Counted from the stretch's first letter, positions 1 to 10,930 are shown. The stretch: DNA of 64,000 bases from an uncultured Acidimicrobiales bacterium (GCA_943788915.1 CALSSD010000002.1:60265-124264), one strand, 5' to 3'. Made by a program: numbers and translations. The notes: a model not told the origin generated them from the letters alone.

Positions 1-30
1 CATTCTGCGGTGGTAATTCACGCAACCTGG

Positions 31-2796
31 TCAGCCGAGCAACAAATGGAGCGGATGGTCGAGCTCGGCGTCGGCGAAACGTTTGGCTTGTGAGCGACAC
101 GAGTATCCCGTGGCCACCGTGCGTGCCGCCGCTGGCTCAGCGACCTGGCGGGCCCACGACATATCCCAGAGTTCTCTGGACATCTTCTGATTCTCTGCCT
201 CGTGTCCAAAGACACCTGCCATGCCACAACAGCCGACTTCAGGAGCCTCGACTTGGTAGCCGGCAGCTCTCAGGATGTCTGCCCACCCTGCGGCAAGCGC
301 TGGTTCGGTTGCCCGTTCGGTGCAATGACCCAACAGCATCACCGACGCGTTGGCACCCACCTGCGGCAGGCGATCAGCCCGGTTCAGGAGTAGCTGCACC
401 AGCGATTGGACATCAGCTGTTGGATACGACGGCAACATGGAGGGGTATTCATGGCGATGCAATAACGCCACCGCTGGCTCGATGACCGTTGGTGTTGCGC
501 CTGACGCAGAAATCGATCGAATCAGTTCAGCTTGTCGCTCCACGGCGTTTAGGAATCGACCGCGGCGGCCCTTGACATGATCGAACTTCCCCGAGCTTCT
601 GAACGGAGCGACCGCAGTGCGGTAACCCAACATTTCGAGGACCCGCACTGCCTGGGTCAGTGTTGTTGGTTCGAGGGCCGACGTGAACACGTCGGGAACA
701 AGGACAACGTCGAAACCCGGTTGGCCGGTGAATTTCACGAGCGTGGTATCTCGTTTACCTTTCGGTGCAGGTAAATCGGCCAGGCCGAGAAGACGTTCGG
801 CCGGTTTCAACCCAAGACCGGCGAGGCGAGGGATACGGCTAGCAAACACCGCCATCTCTTCGAAGCGACTCATCAGGTGATGGCTCAGCGGCCGACGGTT
901 ACGGGTGTGATAGTCGTCGAAGAACCGCGACTTCAGCTCAGGGACATTGACCTCGACCGGGCACCGACCCGAGCAGGCCGAACACGACAGGCACTCATGC
1001 AGATTCGCCGCCAGCGAATCCTCAAAGCCTGGATCACCGCCCTTGTCGCTGAGCCACGAACGGAGTAGATCGACACGGCCACGGGGTGACAGGGCAGGGT
1101 CACCGGTTGCCTTGTACGACGGACACATCACTTCGTCAGCCGAGTAGTGGTGGCAAAGTCCATTGCCGTTGCAAGCAAAGGCGGAGTCGTACTCTCGGCG
1201 CACGGTCAGCGTCACCCGAGCGTCGAGTTCGCCTCGCATCGCCGGGTCATCGACATCGAGCAGCGGCGAAGTCGCGTCAAGCGGCCGGTACAACTTGCCT
1301 GGATTGAAGATGTCTCGCGGGTCGAATGCACTCTTGACCCGACGCATGAGCATCACAGTCTCAGGTGGCAGGACCTGGTCGATATGTGCGCCTCGGAACC
1401 CACGACCGTGTTCGCCCCATACCAACCCACCGTGTTTGGCCACCAGGTCGATGACTTTCTGGGTGACCTCTGCCACGAGTTCTCGCTGCCCAGGGTCGGT
1501 CAGGTCAAGTGCTGGTCGCACGTGTACACAACCAACGTCGGCGTGGCCAAACATGCCGTACATCAGTCCGGCGTCGTCGAGGGTCTTACGGAAGCCAGCA
1601 ATGAACGATGGCATCTCTGCGACCGGCACCGCACAGTCTTCGACAAAGGCAGTCGGGCGAGCAGACAGCTCGGGGCCACCCACCGAGACCTTGGCCAGCA
1701 GGCCGACGGCATCGGCTCGCACCTTCCAAATCGCTGACTGCTCGGCTGCGCCTTCAATCTCCCGCCGAGCGATGCTGCGTCCGGTGGCTTCGATTGTCGC
1801 CATGATCCCCTCGACGTCCTCGGCCGCCTCGCCGGTGTACTCCAGCAATAAGACTGCGCCATGGTGATCACCGATTGCAGCGCCAAGCGCTGGCCAAGCA
1901 GGTGATGATCGGCCACGCTCGAGTGTTGTCTCATCGAATGATTCGATCGCAATCGGCCCGGTCTCTCGCAACACAACGGCATCCTCGAGCGCATCGCCGA
2001 AGGTGTCGTAGCTGGCAACAACGAGCCGGGTCAGCTCGGGAATCGGGCTCAAACTGATCGTGGCCTCAACCAGAATGCCGAGCGTCCCCTCTGCTCCACA
2101 GACGAGTGCGATTGGGTTCACTCTGCCATCGACGCGCAGGCGGTCTAGGCCGTACCCGCTGAAGCCGCGAGCCAATTCCGGCAGGCCAAGGTTCGCAGCT
2201 TCAGGGATCGTCATGTCCAGCAGAGCCCGCCACAGCTGTCCCCCACGACCTGGTTCATTGGCCCGACGTTCGGCTTCATCTTCGGTCACCGGTTCGGCGA
2301 TCCATTCGGTGCCGTCGTCGAGCAGCATCACGAGCCGTTCAACATGGCGGTGTGCTCGTCCGTAGACAAGTGAACCCTTGCCGGCTGCATCGGTCGAGAT
2401 CATGCCACCGACGGTCGCCCGGTTCAGAGTCGATGTGTGTGGTGGCCAGAAAAGACCATGTGATGCCAATTCGGCGTTCAGCTCAGCGGTCACCATGCCA
2501 GGTTGGACAACCGCGGTCATTGCTTCGACGTCGACGTGCACCAGACGATTCATGTTGCGCTTGAGGTCGACCGTTGTGGCCTCTGTCAGGCTCTGGCCGT
2601 TCGTGCCGGTACCCCCGCCACGAGCAACTATGGCCTTCGGTTCGGCCAACAAGAAGTTCGCTCGTAGCGATGCTGCTATCTGTGCAGCATCGTCAGGCAG
2701 TCCCACGCGATCGGGTGTGAGTTGATAGATCGAGTTGTCCGTCGCGTACACCGTGCGAGTTACTCGATCGGTATGCCACTCGATCTCTTGCTGCAT
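31..2796 (-). CDS. FAD-linked oxidase fused to Fe-S/CCG domains (GlcD-GlpC fusion, YdiJ-like 2-hydroxyacid dehydrogenase)
   Basis: 921-aa ORF. N-terminal FAD-binding region (ARGGGTGTNGQS). Cys clusters 'CNGNGLCHH...CPSY' and 'CLSCSACSGRCP'. C-terminal CCG-type 'VGCCGMAGVFG'. Confidence 0.85.
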   Translation of the reverse strand: MQQEIEWHTDRVTRTVYATDNSIYQLTPDRVGLPDDAAQIAASLRANFLLAEPKAIVARGGGTGTNGQSLTEATTVDLKRNMNRLVHVDVEAMTAVVQPGMVTAELNAELASHGLFWPPHTSTLNRATVGGMISTDAAGKGSLVYGRAHRHVERLVMLLDDGTEWIAEPVTEDEAERRANEPGRGGQLWRALLDMTIPEAANLGLPELARGFSGYGLDRLRVDGRVNPIALVCGAEGTLGILVEATISLSPIPELTRLVVASYDTFGDALEDAVVLRETGPIAIESFDETTLERGRSSPAWPALGAAIGDHHGAVLLLEYTGEAAEDVEGIMATIEATGRSIARREIEGAAEQSAIWKVRADAVGLLAKVSVGGPELSARPTAFVEDCAVPVAEMPSFIAGFRKTLDDAGLMYGMFGHADVGCVHVRPALDLTDPGQRELVAEVTQKVIDLVAKHGGLVWGEHGRGFRGAHIDQVLPPETVMLMRRVKSAFDPRDIFNPGKLYRPLDATSPLLDVDDPAMRGELDARVTLTVRREYDSAFACNGNGLCHHYSADEVMCPSYKATGDPALSPRGRVDLLRSWLSDKGGDPGFEDSLAANLHECLSCSACSGRCPVEVNVPELKSRFFDDYHTRNRRPLSHHLMSRFEEMAVFASRIPRLAGLGLKPAERLLGLADLPAPKGKRDTTLVKFTGQPGFDVVLVPDVFTSALEPTTLTQAVRVLEMLGYRTAVAPFRSSGKFDHVKGRRGRFLNAVERQAELIRSISASGATPTVIEPAVALLHRHEYPSMLPSYPTADVQSLVQLLLNRADRLPQVGANASVMLLGHCTERATEPALAAGWADILRAAGYQVEAPEVGCCGMAGVFGHEAENQKMSRELWDMSWARQVAEPAAARTVATGYSCRSQAKRFADAELDHPLHLLLG

Positions 2797-2914
2797 TCGG
2801 GAAGCGCCTTTCCACGCAGCGGACTCACAATTCTACGTTGCCAGGTCGCGACACGAAGTAACTTGTTCACATCGTGCCCGCCGATTGCGCTGGCCATCAT
2901 CCGGGGGAACCGAC

Positions 2915-4224
2915 ATGCTCTGTAGCTACTACGACGTCGCACTTGAGTCTGGCGACGACGCATTCAGCATCGATGCGTCGAACATCACGTTTGGCCCTGG
3001 GTGCTTGCGAGAAGCTGGCGACATTGCCAAGAACCTTGGCATCAAACGGATCGCTGTCTTTACCGATGATGCGCTCGTTGGCACCGAACATGTCGCCACT
3101 GTGTTGGCCTCGCTCAATGCTGCGGGATCGATGTCGCTCTCTATGACAATGTCCGGGTCGAACCGACCGACGAATCTTTCAAGGCTGGCGTCAAGTTCGC
3201 CAATGATGCCGATGTCGACGGGTTCATCTCGGTGGGTGGTGGTTCGGTCATCGACACCGCCAAGGCCGCCAATCTGTACTCCACCTATCCCGCCGAGTTC
3301 CTGGACTACGTAAATGCACCCATCGGCGGCGGCATTGCTGTACCCGGAACGCTCAAACCGCACATTGCCTGCCCGACGACCAGCGGCACCGGAAGCGAGT
3401 GCACCGGTATTGCCGTGTTCGACCTTCTCGAGATGAAAGCCAAGACCGGCATTGCCTCAAAAATGCTGCGACCGACGCGGGCACTCATAGACCCGAACGT
3501 GACCTCGACCTTGCCAGCCAACGTTGTTGCCGCGAGCGCTTTCGATGTCCTGAGTCATGCACTTGAGTCCTACACCGCACGGCCATATACCCAGCGCCCA
3601 GCGCCCGCCACGCCGTTCATGCGCCCCTCAAGCCAGGGCGCTAACCCGTGGAGTGATCTTGGTTGTGGCGAAGCACTTCGCCTGATCGGCTTGTTCCTTG
3701 AGCGGGGCGTGCACGATGCCACCGACACCGAAGCTCGCCACCAACTCATGTGGGCATCGACCCTGGCTGGCATCGCGTTCGGCAATGCTGGGTGCCATGC
3801 CCCCCACGGCATGTCGTACTCAGTGGCGGGTCTCGTCAAGGACTTCTGTCCGCACGGTTATCCGCAAGGCGAACCCATGGTCCCCCACGGCATGTCGGTC
3901 ATGGTCAACTCGCCGTCGGTGTTCCGCCATACGTCGGCAGGAAACCCTGAGCGACATCTCGACGGCGCCCGCTGGCTTGGCGTCGACACCACCGACCTCG
4001 GTCCGGCCGAAGCAGGTCCTGCGCTTGGCGATCGACTCGTTGAGCTGATGAAGGCAACGAACATGCCAAACGGCCTGATCGGTGTTGGTTACGAAGCCGC
4101 CGACGTACCCGCTCTCGTCGAAGGATCGCTTCCCCAGCGCCGCCTGCTCGACAACGCCCCAATCGAAATCGACCGCGAAGTGCTGACCACCGCTCTGTAC
4201 GAAGGCGCCCTCAGCTACTGGTAG
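2915..4224 (+). pseudogene. Iron-containing alcohol dehydrogenase, hydroxyacid-oxoacid transhydrogenase (ADHFE1)-like; frame broken at GGG run 3124-3126 (probable sequencing error)
   Basis: ATG 2915 gives MLCSYYDVALESG...VLASLNAAG. The next frame continues [18 protein letters not shown]...[16 protein letters not shown]...[11 protein letters not shown] to the stop at 4224. The joined product is collinear with Fe-ADH/HOT proteins. Confidence 0.8.
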
Positions 4225-4720
4225 CGGTTGGGCTCAGCACGACCACAGCGGTCTGCCTCGGTCGGCGAGCTGCATACCCTTCGAGCCCCTTGTCGATGGC
4301 GCACCAACGCTCCCAGAGCCGGTCACGTTCGTCGCCCTCGGCAGCGGAGCCACGCACGCTGACGGTCTTGTCGGTCAGGGTGAGTGTGACATCGGGATGG
4401 TCTTGCAGGTTGAGCCACCACGCTGGTTCAGCAGCACCCCAACCATTCATGGCCATGGTCACATAGTCACCGCCATCTTCGTAGTAGCCGATCATCACGC
4501 TTCGTTCGAGACCGCTGCGTCGGCCAATGGTGGTCAGGTGCGCAAGCCCGTACGTTCCTGGCTTCGGCCGACGTAGACCGAACCGCTGACCGCTCCAGCG
4601 ATACAGCGCCTTGTGGACCTTCCAAGCACCGCGAATTAACCATCGTGGTGGAAGGAAGCCAGATTTCTCGGGAGTTGTTGCCACGGGTGCAATGGTAGAG
4701 AAGAACACCCGGGCCGTCAT
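4211..4720 (-). CDS. Nitroreductase-family deazaflavin (F420)-dependent oxidoreductase (DUF385/Ddn-like)
   Basis: Motifs '[45 protein letters not shown]' and 'ERDRLWERW'. Start trimmed to MTARVFF (4720) to avoid overlap with the divergent gene at 4741. Confidence 0.8.
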   Translation of the reverse strand: MTARVFFSTIAPVATTPEKSGFLPPRWLIRGAWKVHKALYRWSGQRFGLRRPKPGTYGLAHLTTIGRRSGLERSVMIGYYEDGGDYVTMAMNGWGAAEPAWWLNLQDHPDVTLTLTDKTVSVRGSAAEGDERDRLWERWCAIDKGLEGYAARRPRQTAVVVLSPTATSS

Positions 4721-4740
4721 GCCCACCCACAAGCCGAACA

Positions 4741-5725
4741 TTGGAGATGCCCGTGGACGTACAACGAACGCCCGACGAACGATTTGTTGACCTCGCGGAC
4801 TGGCCATACCAGCCAAGCTACGCAACAGTCACCGCATCGGACATCGACATTCCGCTCCGACTTGCCTACGTCGACGTGGGGCCCGAGACAGGACGCTCGG
4901 TGCTGCTGATCCACGGCGAGCCCACCTGGGGGTATCTGTACCGCAAGATGATCCCCGGCCTCGTCGAAGCGGGCTGCCGGGTCGTTGTCCCCGACCTCAT
5001 CGGCTTCGGCCGCTCTGACAAACCAGCGCAGAAGAGCGACTACACCTACGCCCGACATATCGACTGGGTCTCGTCGCTGGTCGAACAGCTCGACCTTCAG
5101 GACACGGTGTTGTTCGGCCAGGACTGGGGCAGCCTCATCGGCATGGCAGTCGTCGCCCGTTATCCGGAACGCTTTGCCGCGGTGATGATCGGGAATGGCG
5201 GGCTCCCCGACCCCGAACATCGGGACCAGATGATGGCCGCGCAACAGACATCGCCCGATCCTGGAGCATTCCTGCGGTGGCAACAGCACGCAGCCCAACT
5301 TGATTCGATGAACGTCTCAGAAACGCTGCGCCGCGGGCTCGCTGACATCCCCGGAGCTGCAATCAAGCTGACCGACGCCGAAGCCGCTGCCTACGACGCA
5401 CCGTTCCCCGACCGCACCTACCAGGCTGGCCCTCTCATCTTTCCCGCGCTGGCGTCGCCCCATGGCCACGAAGGCTCGCCGTTCACTCCAGTTTGCTCAG
5501 GCATGGAGAGTGCTGGAGACGTGGCAAAAGCCGTTCTTGTGCCGCTTCGGAGCGATCGACCCCATTCTGGGCTACTTCGACCACCACCTCATCGAGCGCA
5601 TCCCGGGCAGCACCGGCCAGCCTCACCAACGTTTCGCGACCGGAGGCCACTTCATCCAAGAGCAGGAACCAGATGCCCTCGTGGACGGAATCCTGCACCT
5701 TGTTCACCAAACCCACCCTGGTTGA
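4741..5725 (+). pseudogene. Haloalkane dehalogenase-like alpha/beta hydrolase; frame broken at CCCC run 5458-5461 (probable sequencing error)
   Basis: N-terminal part shows 'LLIHGEPTWGYLYRKMIP...PDLIGFGRSDKP...GQDWGS'. The C-terminal part 'AQAWRVLETWQKPFLCRFGAIDPILG...GQPHQRFATGGHFIQE' lies in the next frame (track ORF 5462..5725). Confidence 0.8.
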
Positions 5726-6032
5726 ACACGGTTGGGCCCGGTTGAGCGCTCGTCGCCCGACCGTGGCTTCTTACGCCGCGCGCAGCGCCCACGCAGCGTG
5801 GACGACTGGGTGGGCGGCGGAGTGGATGCGGCAAGCCAATCTCGACGCCATCGATCACTGGTGTTGCCGTTCTCCTTGTCGATCAGATGCTCCTGTCACA
5901 CGAAGCAGTGGCGAGATAGCACCACCCTCGGCAGAGGCGCTCGACGAGTTCCTACCGAGTGTCTGTGCGCCACTCGCGCGGTCGAACGAGTATGGCGACA
6001 AGCAGGCCGGTCAATTGTCCATGCGTACTCGG

Positions 6033-6599
6033 CTACTCGCCCTCGAGCGCGACAAGTACATCGGCCAGGCGCTTCGCCCGCGTCTCTTCTCGTTTGGCCG
6101 AATACAACGGGTAGAGCACCGCCCGCTTGGCCGAGTTCGAGAGCGCTTCGTACGCGTCGCGCGCGCTGTCGGACCCTTGCAGGGCCGACTCCAGATCCGC
6201 CGGAACGATGAGCGCGTCGAGCGGCTCGAGAAACGTCCAAGCACCGTTCTTCTTTGCGACGTCGACCGCTCGAAGTCCAGCGTCGGACATGAGCCCCAAC
6301 TCGGTGAGCTCGGCGATGTGCTGCTTGTTGATCTTCGACCACACGCTCTTTGGTTTCCGCGGTGTGAAGATCTGCTTGTAGCGCTCGTCGTCGATCGACT
6401 TGGCCTTGCTGTCGATCCAGCCGAAACACAGCGCTTCTCGCACAGCTTCTTCCCAGGTCAGGCGACGGCTACCCGTCGACGCTCGGTAGTAGATCAGCCA
6501 CACGCCGTCGCTGGTGGTGTGGTTCTTCTGCAGCCAGGAGCGCCATCCAGTGGGCGTTTTGGGATGGATTTCATGGAGCTCGGAGTCGAACGAAGACAT
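6033..6599 (-). CDS. YdeI/OmpD-associated family protein
   Basis: 188-aa ORF with 'WRSWLQKNH...GVWLIYYR...EEAVREALCFGWIDSK...FTPRKPKSVWSKIN', typical of the YdeI bacteriocin-protection family. Confidence 0.75.
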   Translation of the reverse strand: MSSFDSELHEIHPKTPTGWRSWLQKNHTTSDGVWLIYYRASTGSRRLTWEEAVREALCFGWIDSKAKSIDDERYKQIFTPRKPKSVWSKINKQHIAELTELGLMSDAGLRAVDVAKKNGAWTFLEPLDALIVPADLESALQGSDSARDAYEALSNSAKRAVLYPLYSAKREETRAKRLADVLVALEGE

Positions 6600-6601
6600 T
6601 C

Positions 6602-7495
6602 TCAGTTCAGCCCTCTATCAATTGCTCGAATCCGCTGAGCCAGCACCTCGTCGGTAGCGAACAGCACCCCTCGATGGTTCATGTAGCTGGAGTCCGCCCG
6701 ATTCAGGTCGAGAGGGCCTCCGTGTATGTCGGTGGCGACGGCGCCAACTTCATAAAACAGACACGCGGTGGCGGCGAAGTCCCACAAGCTGCCGCCGCCG
6801 TTGGTGGGTCTGGGGTACTTGACGTAGCAGGCGGGCGGGTTGGCCAGCACTCCACAAGCGTTCATCACTGCACCACTGGTCGCGTGGAGCCGCAGTCCGG
6901 CCAGGCCCATGTCTCGTGCGATCTGGCCCAGTGCATCGACGACAACATCGTGGTCATCGCTCACCAGGAAGCTGCGGTCGGCGAACACCGATAGGACGTC
7001 TCCCCATGGCCGCTTTCCGGTCGGCCATGGACGGTGGTTACGAAATGCCCCGACCTCCGAGATCGCGTGCAACACCGTCGCCTCCACAGGGTCAAAGACA
7101 ACACCGATCACAGGGGTGCCATCGCTGCCGACCAGAGCGATGGAGACGGCATAACCGTGTGACCCTTCGATGAATGGGAGGGTGCCGTCGAGGGGATCGA
7201 TGCACCAGAAGTAGTCGTTGGTCAGACGGCCGCCGTCGTCGTCTTGTTCCTCGGTGAGCAGGCCGAGCTCGAACCGTTCGAGTGTCGGGGTGAGGATGCC
7301 AAGGATGATGTCCTCGCTGTGCCGGTCGATCTCGGTCACCACCTGAGACGCCAAGCTCTTGTCCCTGGCCGTGGCTTGCATATCTTTGTACTGGATCTCA
7401 CGGGGCCGCGACCGAGCGATCATCTGCCCCGCCTGGCTGGCGGCCAGAATCGCCAGGTCAGCGAGCTCGCTCAGGTCAGATGTGGAGAGTTTCAT
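6602..7495 (-). CDS. Inositol monophosphatase / CysQ-family phosphatase
   Basis: 'WCIDPLDGT' metal-binding motif and 'GGSLWDFAA'. Start trimmed to MKLSTSDL, which makes an ATGA overlap with the stop of the upstream gene (7492-7495). Confidence 0.8.
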   Translation of the reverse strand: MKLSTSDLSELADLAILAASQAGQMIARSRPREIQYKDMQATARDKSLASQVVTEIDRHSEDIILGILTPTLERFELGLLTEEQDDDGGRLTNDYFWCIDPLDGTLPFIEGSHGYAVSIALVGSDGTPVIGVVFDPVEATVLHAISEVGAFRNHRPWPTGKRPWGDVLSVFADRSFLVSDDHDVVVDALGQIARDMGLAGLRLHATSGAVMNACGVLANPPACYVKYPRPTNGGGSLWDFAATACLFYEVGAVATDIHGGPLDLNRADSSYMNHRGVLFATDEVLAQRIRAIDRGLN

Positions 7496-8553
7496 AGTTC
7501 TTCCTGGCTCTCCTGGAGGTCCGTGGCCTCTCGGGCCCCTAGGGCCTCGAGCACCTCGCGTGCGAGCCTCTCGCTGTACCGGTGCAGCTTCCAATGACCG
7601 GGGCTCCATCCCTGCAAGAAACGGTAAAAGTCGGTCCATGCGATTGGGTAGAGCGCGCGCCAATCGTCCTCAAGTGCTCCGAAGTCCAGAGCCTTGCTCG
7701 AGCGCTCCAGAGCATCGCTCAGCAATGCGAAGTATCGGTCGAGCAGGCCGGGGCCCATCGCCTCACTTTCGTCCTCGTCGAGGCAGCTGCTAATGAAATA
7801 GGCGACATCTTTCATGCCGCAGCCGCCTCCGACGTACTGAAAATCGACCGCAGCGGCCTGGCGCCCGTCGTCGTCGAAGCAGAAGTTGGCCAGCTTCGCG
7901 TCTCCATGGACGAAAGTCTGGAACGGGCTCTTGGCGAGTCGGCGATCGATGGTCGCTGCCGCTGCCTTGAGTGGGCCGTCCTGGAGTGCGTCAAGTTCGT
8001 CGGGGCGGGTGGCCAGGTGCCAATAGGTGCCAGTGGCCCACAGACCCTCGGGACGCTCACCCATGAAGGTGGCGTGGAAGCTGGCCAGCCACGCCAAACA
8101 AGCGTCGATCTCCACCTCGTTGACGTGCTGGCGTCGCCCAGCAAAGCCCGACGCGTCCAGATCCTCCAAGACCATGATGACCTCGTCAGCCCTGGTCGCC
8201 AAGGCCAGGCAACGTGGTACCCGGCATGCGTCTGGACACAGGTGCGCATACCGGTCGTACCACAGGGTCTCGACGCGATAGGACTGCAGCTTTCGCTCGT
8301 GGGACAGTTCGGAAGTCCAGCCGTGGAGATGCTGTCGCTCGTCAGGCCAGCGCACGTGCTTGACGATCACGCTGGTTTGCGCCCCACCCTCGAGCCAACA
8401 CCGCAGGATCTGCCCATAACCACTCCACAGGCTCTGAACGATCTGCGTGTCCACGATCGTGCGAGCCCCGGACACCTGCAGCACCATGGCCTCAAGGCCA
8501 GCATCGATGTCGCCGGCCCCAGTCACGAGCGAAGGGTAGCGGCACGGTCGCAA
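7492..8553 (-). CDS. Phosphotransferase-family kinase (APH/choline-kinase/CHK-like fold)
   Basis: Catalytic-loop-like '[13 protein letters not shown]' followed by '[10 protein letters not shown]'. Brenner-type HxD and DFQ motifs. The start could instead be the internal Met at 8487. Confidence 0.7.
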   Translation of the reverse strand: MRPCRYPSLVTGAGDIDAGLEAMVLQVSGARTIVDTQIVQSLWSGYGQILRCWLEGGAQTSVIVKHVRWPDERQHLHGWTSELSHERKLQSYRVETLWYDRYAHLCPDACRVPRCLALATRADEVIMVLEDLDASGFAGRRQHVNEVEIDACLAWLASFHATFMGERPEGLWATGTYWHLATRPDELDALQDGPLKAAAATIDRRLAKSPFQTFVHGDAKLANFCFDDDGRQAAAVDFQYVGGGCGMKDVAYFISSCLDEDESEAMGPGLLDRYFALLSDALERSSKALDFGALEDDWRALYPIAWTDFYRFLQGWSPGHWKLHRYSERLAREVLEALGAREATDLQESQEEL

Positions 8554-9223
8554 CGGCTCCGCTATCCGACGGTCGTTCGGACCTGGCAGATCTGGCCCAA
8601 GCGGGCGGGCTTGTGTCGTGGTGACGGGCGTAGGCCGTGTAGCCCAACCACTAGAACGGTGGCCTTCGCATTATGAGTTCGTTCAAGGCTGGCCGTCGCT
8701 CCAGGTTTTGAGGTAGTCACAGATTTCTTTCCGGATGTGGGTGATTTCGGTGCGAAATCGTCACACCGGTCCGTGATGATGGTTGCGCCCCGCACGGCAT
8801 TGAAAGCGAAGCCATGGGTCGTGCACCTGCCCTACGAGGGACTGCTTCTGCTAGGAACTGCGGAACGGGGCGCCATCCGCGGATCGATCTGGGGCATTGT
8901 GAACCCAGCAGTTGCAGAAATTCGCGGGCTTGGTCAGAGACGCCGTCCGAACGACCAGCCAAGAATGCTTCTGGTTTGGCTGCTGGTTGCCGGCGACAAG
9001 ATGCGAAACCGACCATCTTCACGATCATGCCAAAGTTGGCAGAACCAACCCGAGAAGGATGGTGCGCCCGGGTAAAAAGCGCAGCGAGCAACTCGGTTGG
9101 TGAGCGAAGCGAACGGCGGTATGCGGTATGCGGTACGCAAAGCCGATGGAGGGAGTCCGGCTTGCTCCGGCAACCCGCCGCTCCCGCTCACCGCAGAGCT
9201 CAGCGTCAGCAACCGATCGGACG

Positions 9224-9823
9224 TTAGACCGTTTGCCCCGCTGGTGTTTGTGATCGGATGCCAGCACACAACAACTCGATCAAGCCGTCGAAAGTAAGGT
9301 CGAGGTCATGCGGGTGCGGATGCCCGTCGCCGGACTCAAGATGACAGAAGCCGTGGAACGCCGAACGGAGCGCACGGGCGGAATGTACCCGGTGATCATC
9401 ATCAAGATCGAACCCGACGAGCGCTTGCGCGATCACGCCAACAATGCGTTCGACGGCTTCTTCCAGTTCTTCGTCGCCAGCACATGGATAGCGGTCGGTC
9501 GCTTCGTACAGGCCAGGGCTAGCAAGCACTGTTTCGCGCCATGCCCGGCCGACTGCGCCGATAGCTTCGTCTCCAGACACACCAATCGCAGCCTCGCTGA
9601 GTGCTACTGCTAGCTGATCCCGGCCTCGCAGACTAAGGAGCCGGAGAAGGTCCTGGTAACTCTCGACATGGCGGTACAGGGCCGGCTGGCGGACTCCAAG
9701 TATCTTCGCCACTCGGGTAAGTGTCAGCGCATCAAGACCTTCAGCATCTGCCAAATCGGCAGCGGCGTTCACGACTTGTTCTTGATCCAGTGGGACTCGT
9801 GCCACGGGTGGTTTGGGGGTCAC
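9224..9823 (-). CDS. TetR/AcrR family transcriptional regulator
   Basis: N-terminal HTH 'LTLTRVAKILGVRQPALYRHVES'. C-terminal 'FHGFCHLE' (WHG-like) region. Confidence 0.85.
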   Translation of the reverse strand: MTPKPPVARVPLDQEQVVNAAADLADAEGLDALTLTRVAKILGVRQPALYRHVESYQDLLRLLSLRGRDQLAVALSEAAIGVSGDEAIGAVGRAWRETVLASPGLYEATDRYPCAGDEELEEAVERIVGVIAQALVGFDLDDDHRVHSARALRSAFHGFCHLESGDGHPHPHDLDLTFDGLIELLCAGIRSQTPAGQTV

Positions 9824-9935
9824 GGAGAACCAAACCTTGTCACCTCTTGTTAGGTCATATCACGCGATAGTTAGACCTCCGACGTTCTTACTTGGTGACC
9901 TTGTTCACAACCCTGTTGTCATTCAGCATCCGGGC

Positions 9936-10851
9936 TCAGCTCTGCAACCCAGCAATGACCGAAACGTTTACGATGTCGTCGGCGCTGCAGCCACGAGAGA
10001 GATCGTGCATAACACCGCCGAGGCCTTGCAGTAGCGGACCGAACGCCAGCGCTCCTCCGAGCCTTTCAGTGATCTTGTACGCGATGTTGCCAGCATCGAG
10101 ATCGGGGAAGACAAACACGTTCGCGTGGCCAGCGACAGGTGAACCGGGCGCCTTCGACGCGCCGATGGCGGGGACCCACGCTGCATCGAATTGCAGCTCA
10201 CCATCAGCAGCCAACCCGGGGGCACGATCGTGTACGAGCGCCGTCGCTTGTCGAACCTTGTCCACCCGCGGATGTTCGGCGGAACCCTTCGTGGAGAAAC
10301 TCAACATGGCGACCCGCGCTGTCTCGCCGGCGAGCTGTTCGAAGGTTGCTGCGCTGGAAATAGCGATCGATGCCAACTGGTCCGCATCAGGATCCGGCAC
10401 CACACCACAATCCCCGTAGACGAGTGGCTGACCATCAGGCAATACGAAGAAGAAACAGCTGCTGAGTGTGCCTGCAGCAGCGTTGACGCCAAGAATACGA
10501 AGCCCCGCCCGCAGCACGTCAGACGTGGCCCGGCTTGCACCACCGACGCAGGCGTCTGCCCAACCTGACTTCACCAGCAGCGCTGCGATCACGAGCGGAT
10601 CATCGACTATCGAGCGTTCGCCCCTTCGCCGCTGCATCATCGGTTGCCTGCAAGGCAGCGTGTGCAACCCGATCATCGTCGAGTTCAGCCAGCGACGAGA
10701 CATCGACGCCCAGCAGCACCGGACTGGCAAGCCCTTCAGAACGCAGGCGGGCCGCGGCCCGGATCGCCCGGTCGTCGCCCTGGTCTGCGAGCACGATGCG
10801 TTTCGGGTTGGCACGAGCACGCTCGTACCAACCCTGCAAGATGTCAGACAT
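9936..10851 (-). pseudogene. pta: Phosphate acetyl/butyryl-transferase (Pta-like); frame broken at homopolymer 10621-10624 (probable sequencing error)
   Basis: N-terminal 83-aa ORF (MSDILQGW...[21 protein letters not shown]...PVLLG). The remainder lies in another frame ([28 protein letters not shown]...STKGSAEHP...[13 protein letters not shown]). The junction is at GGGG on the coding strand. Confidence 0.75.
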
Positions 10852-10930
10852 TGTTCAGCCTCCCGGATGGCCGGGACCGTAGATCAAACGCTAGAAAACA
10901 GCCATTGCATGCCTTTTCGCACTGGTGGAT

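Noticed and set aside
5746-6032. 287-bp spacer after the dehalogenase-like gene as a possible small gene or RNA.
   Set aside because: It contains only short, unrecognisable reading frames and no clear hairpins or repeats. This is too little evidence.
9120-9133. Tandem ATGCGGT x2.
   Set aside because: It consists of two copies of a 7-mer, which is trivial slippage-size repetition with no further context.
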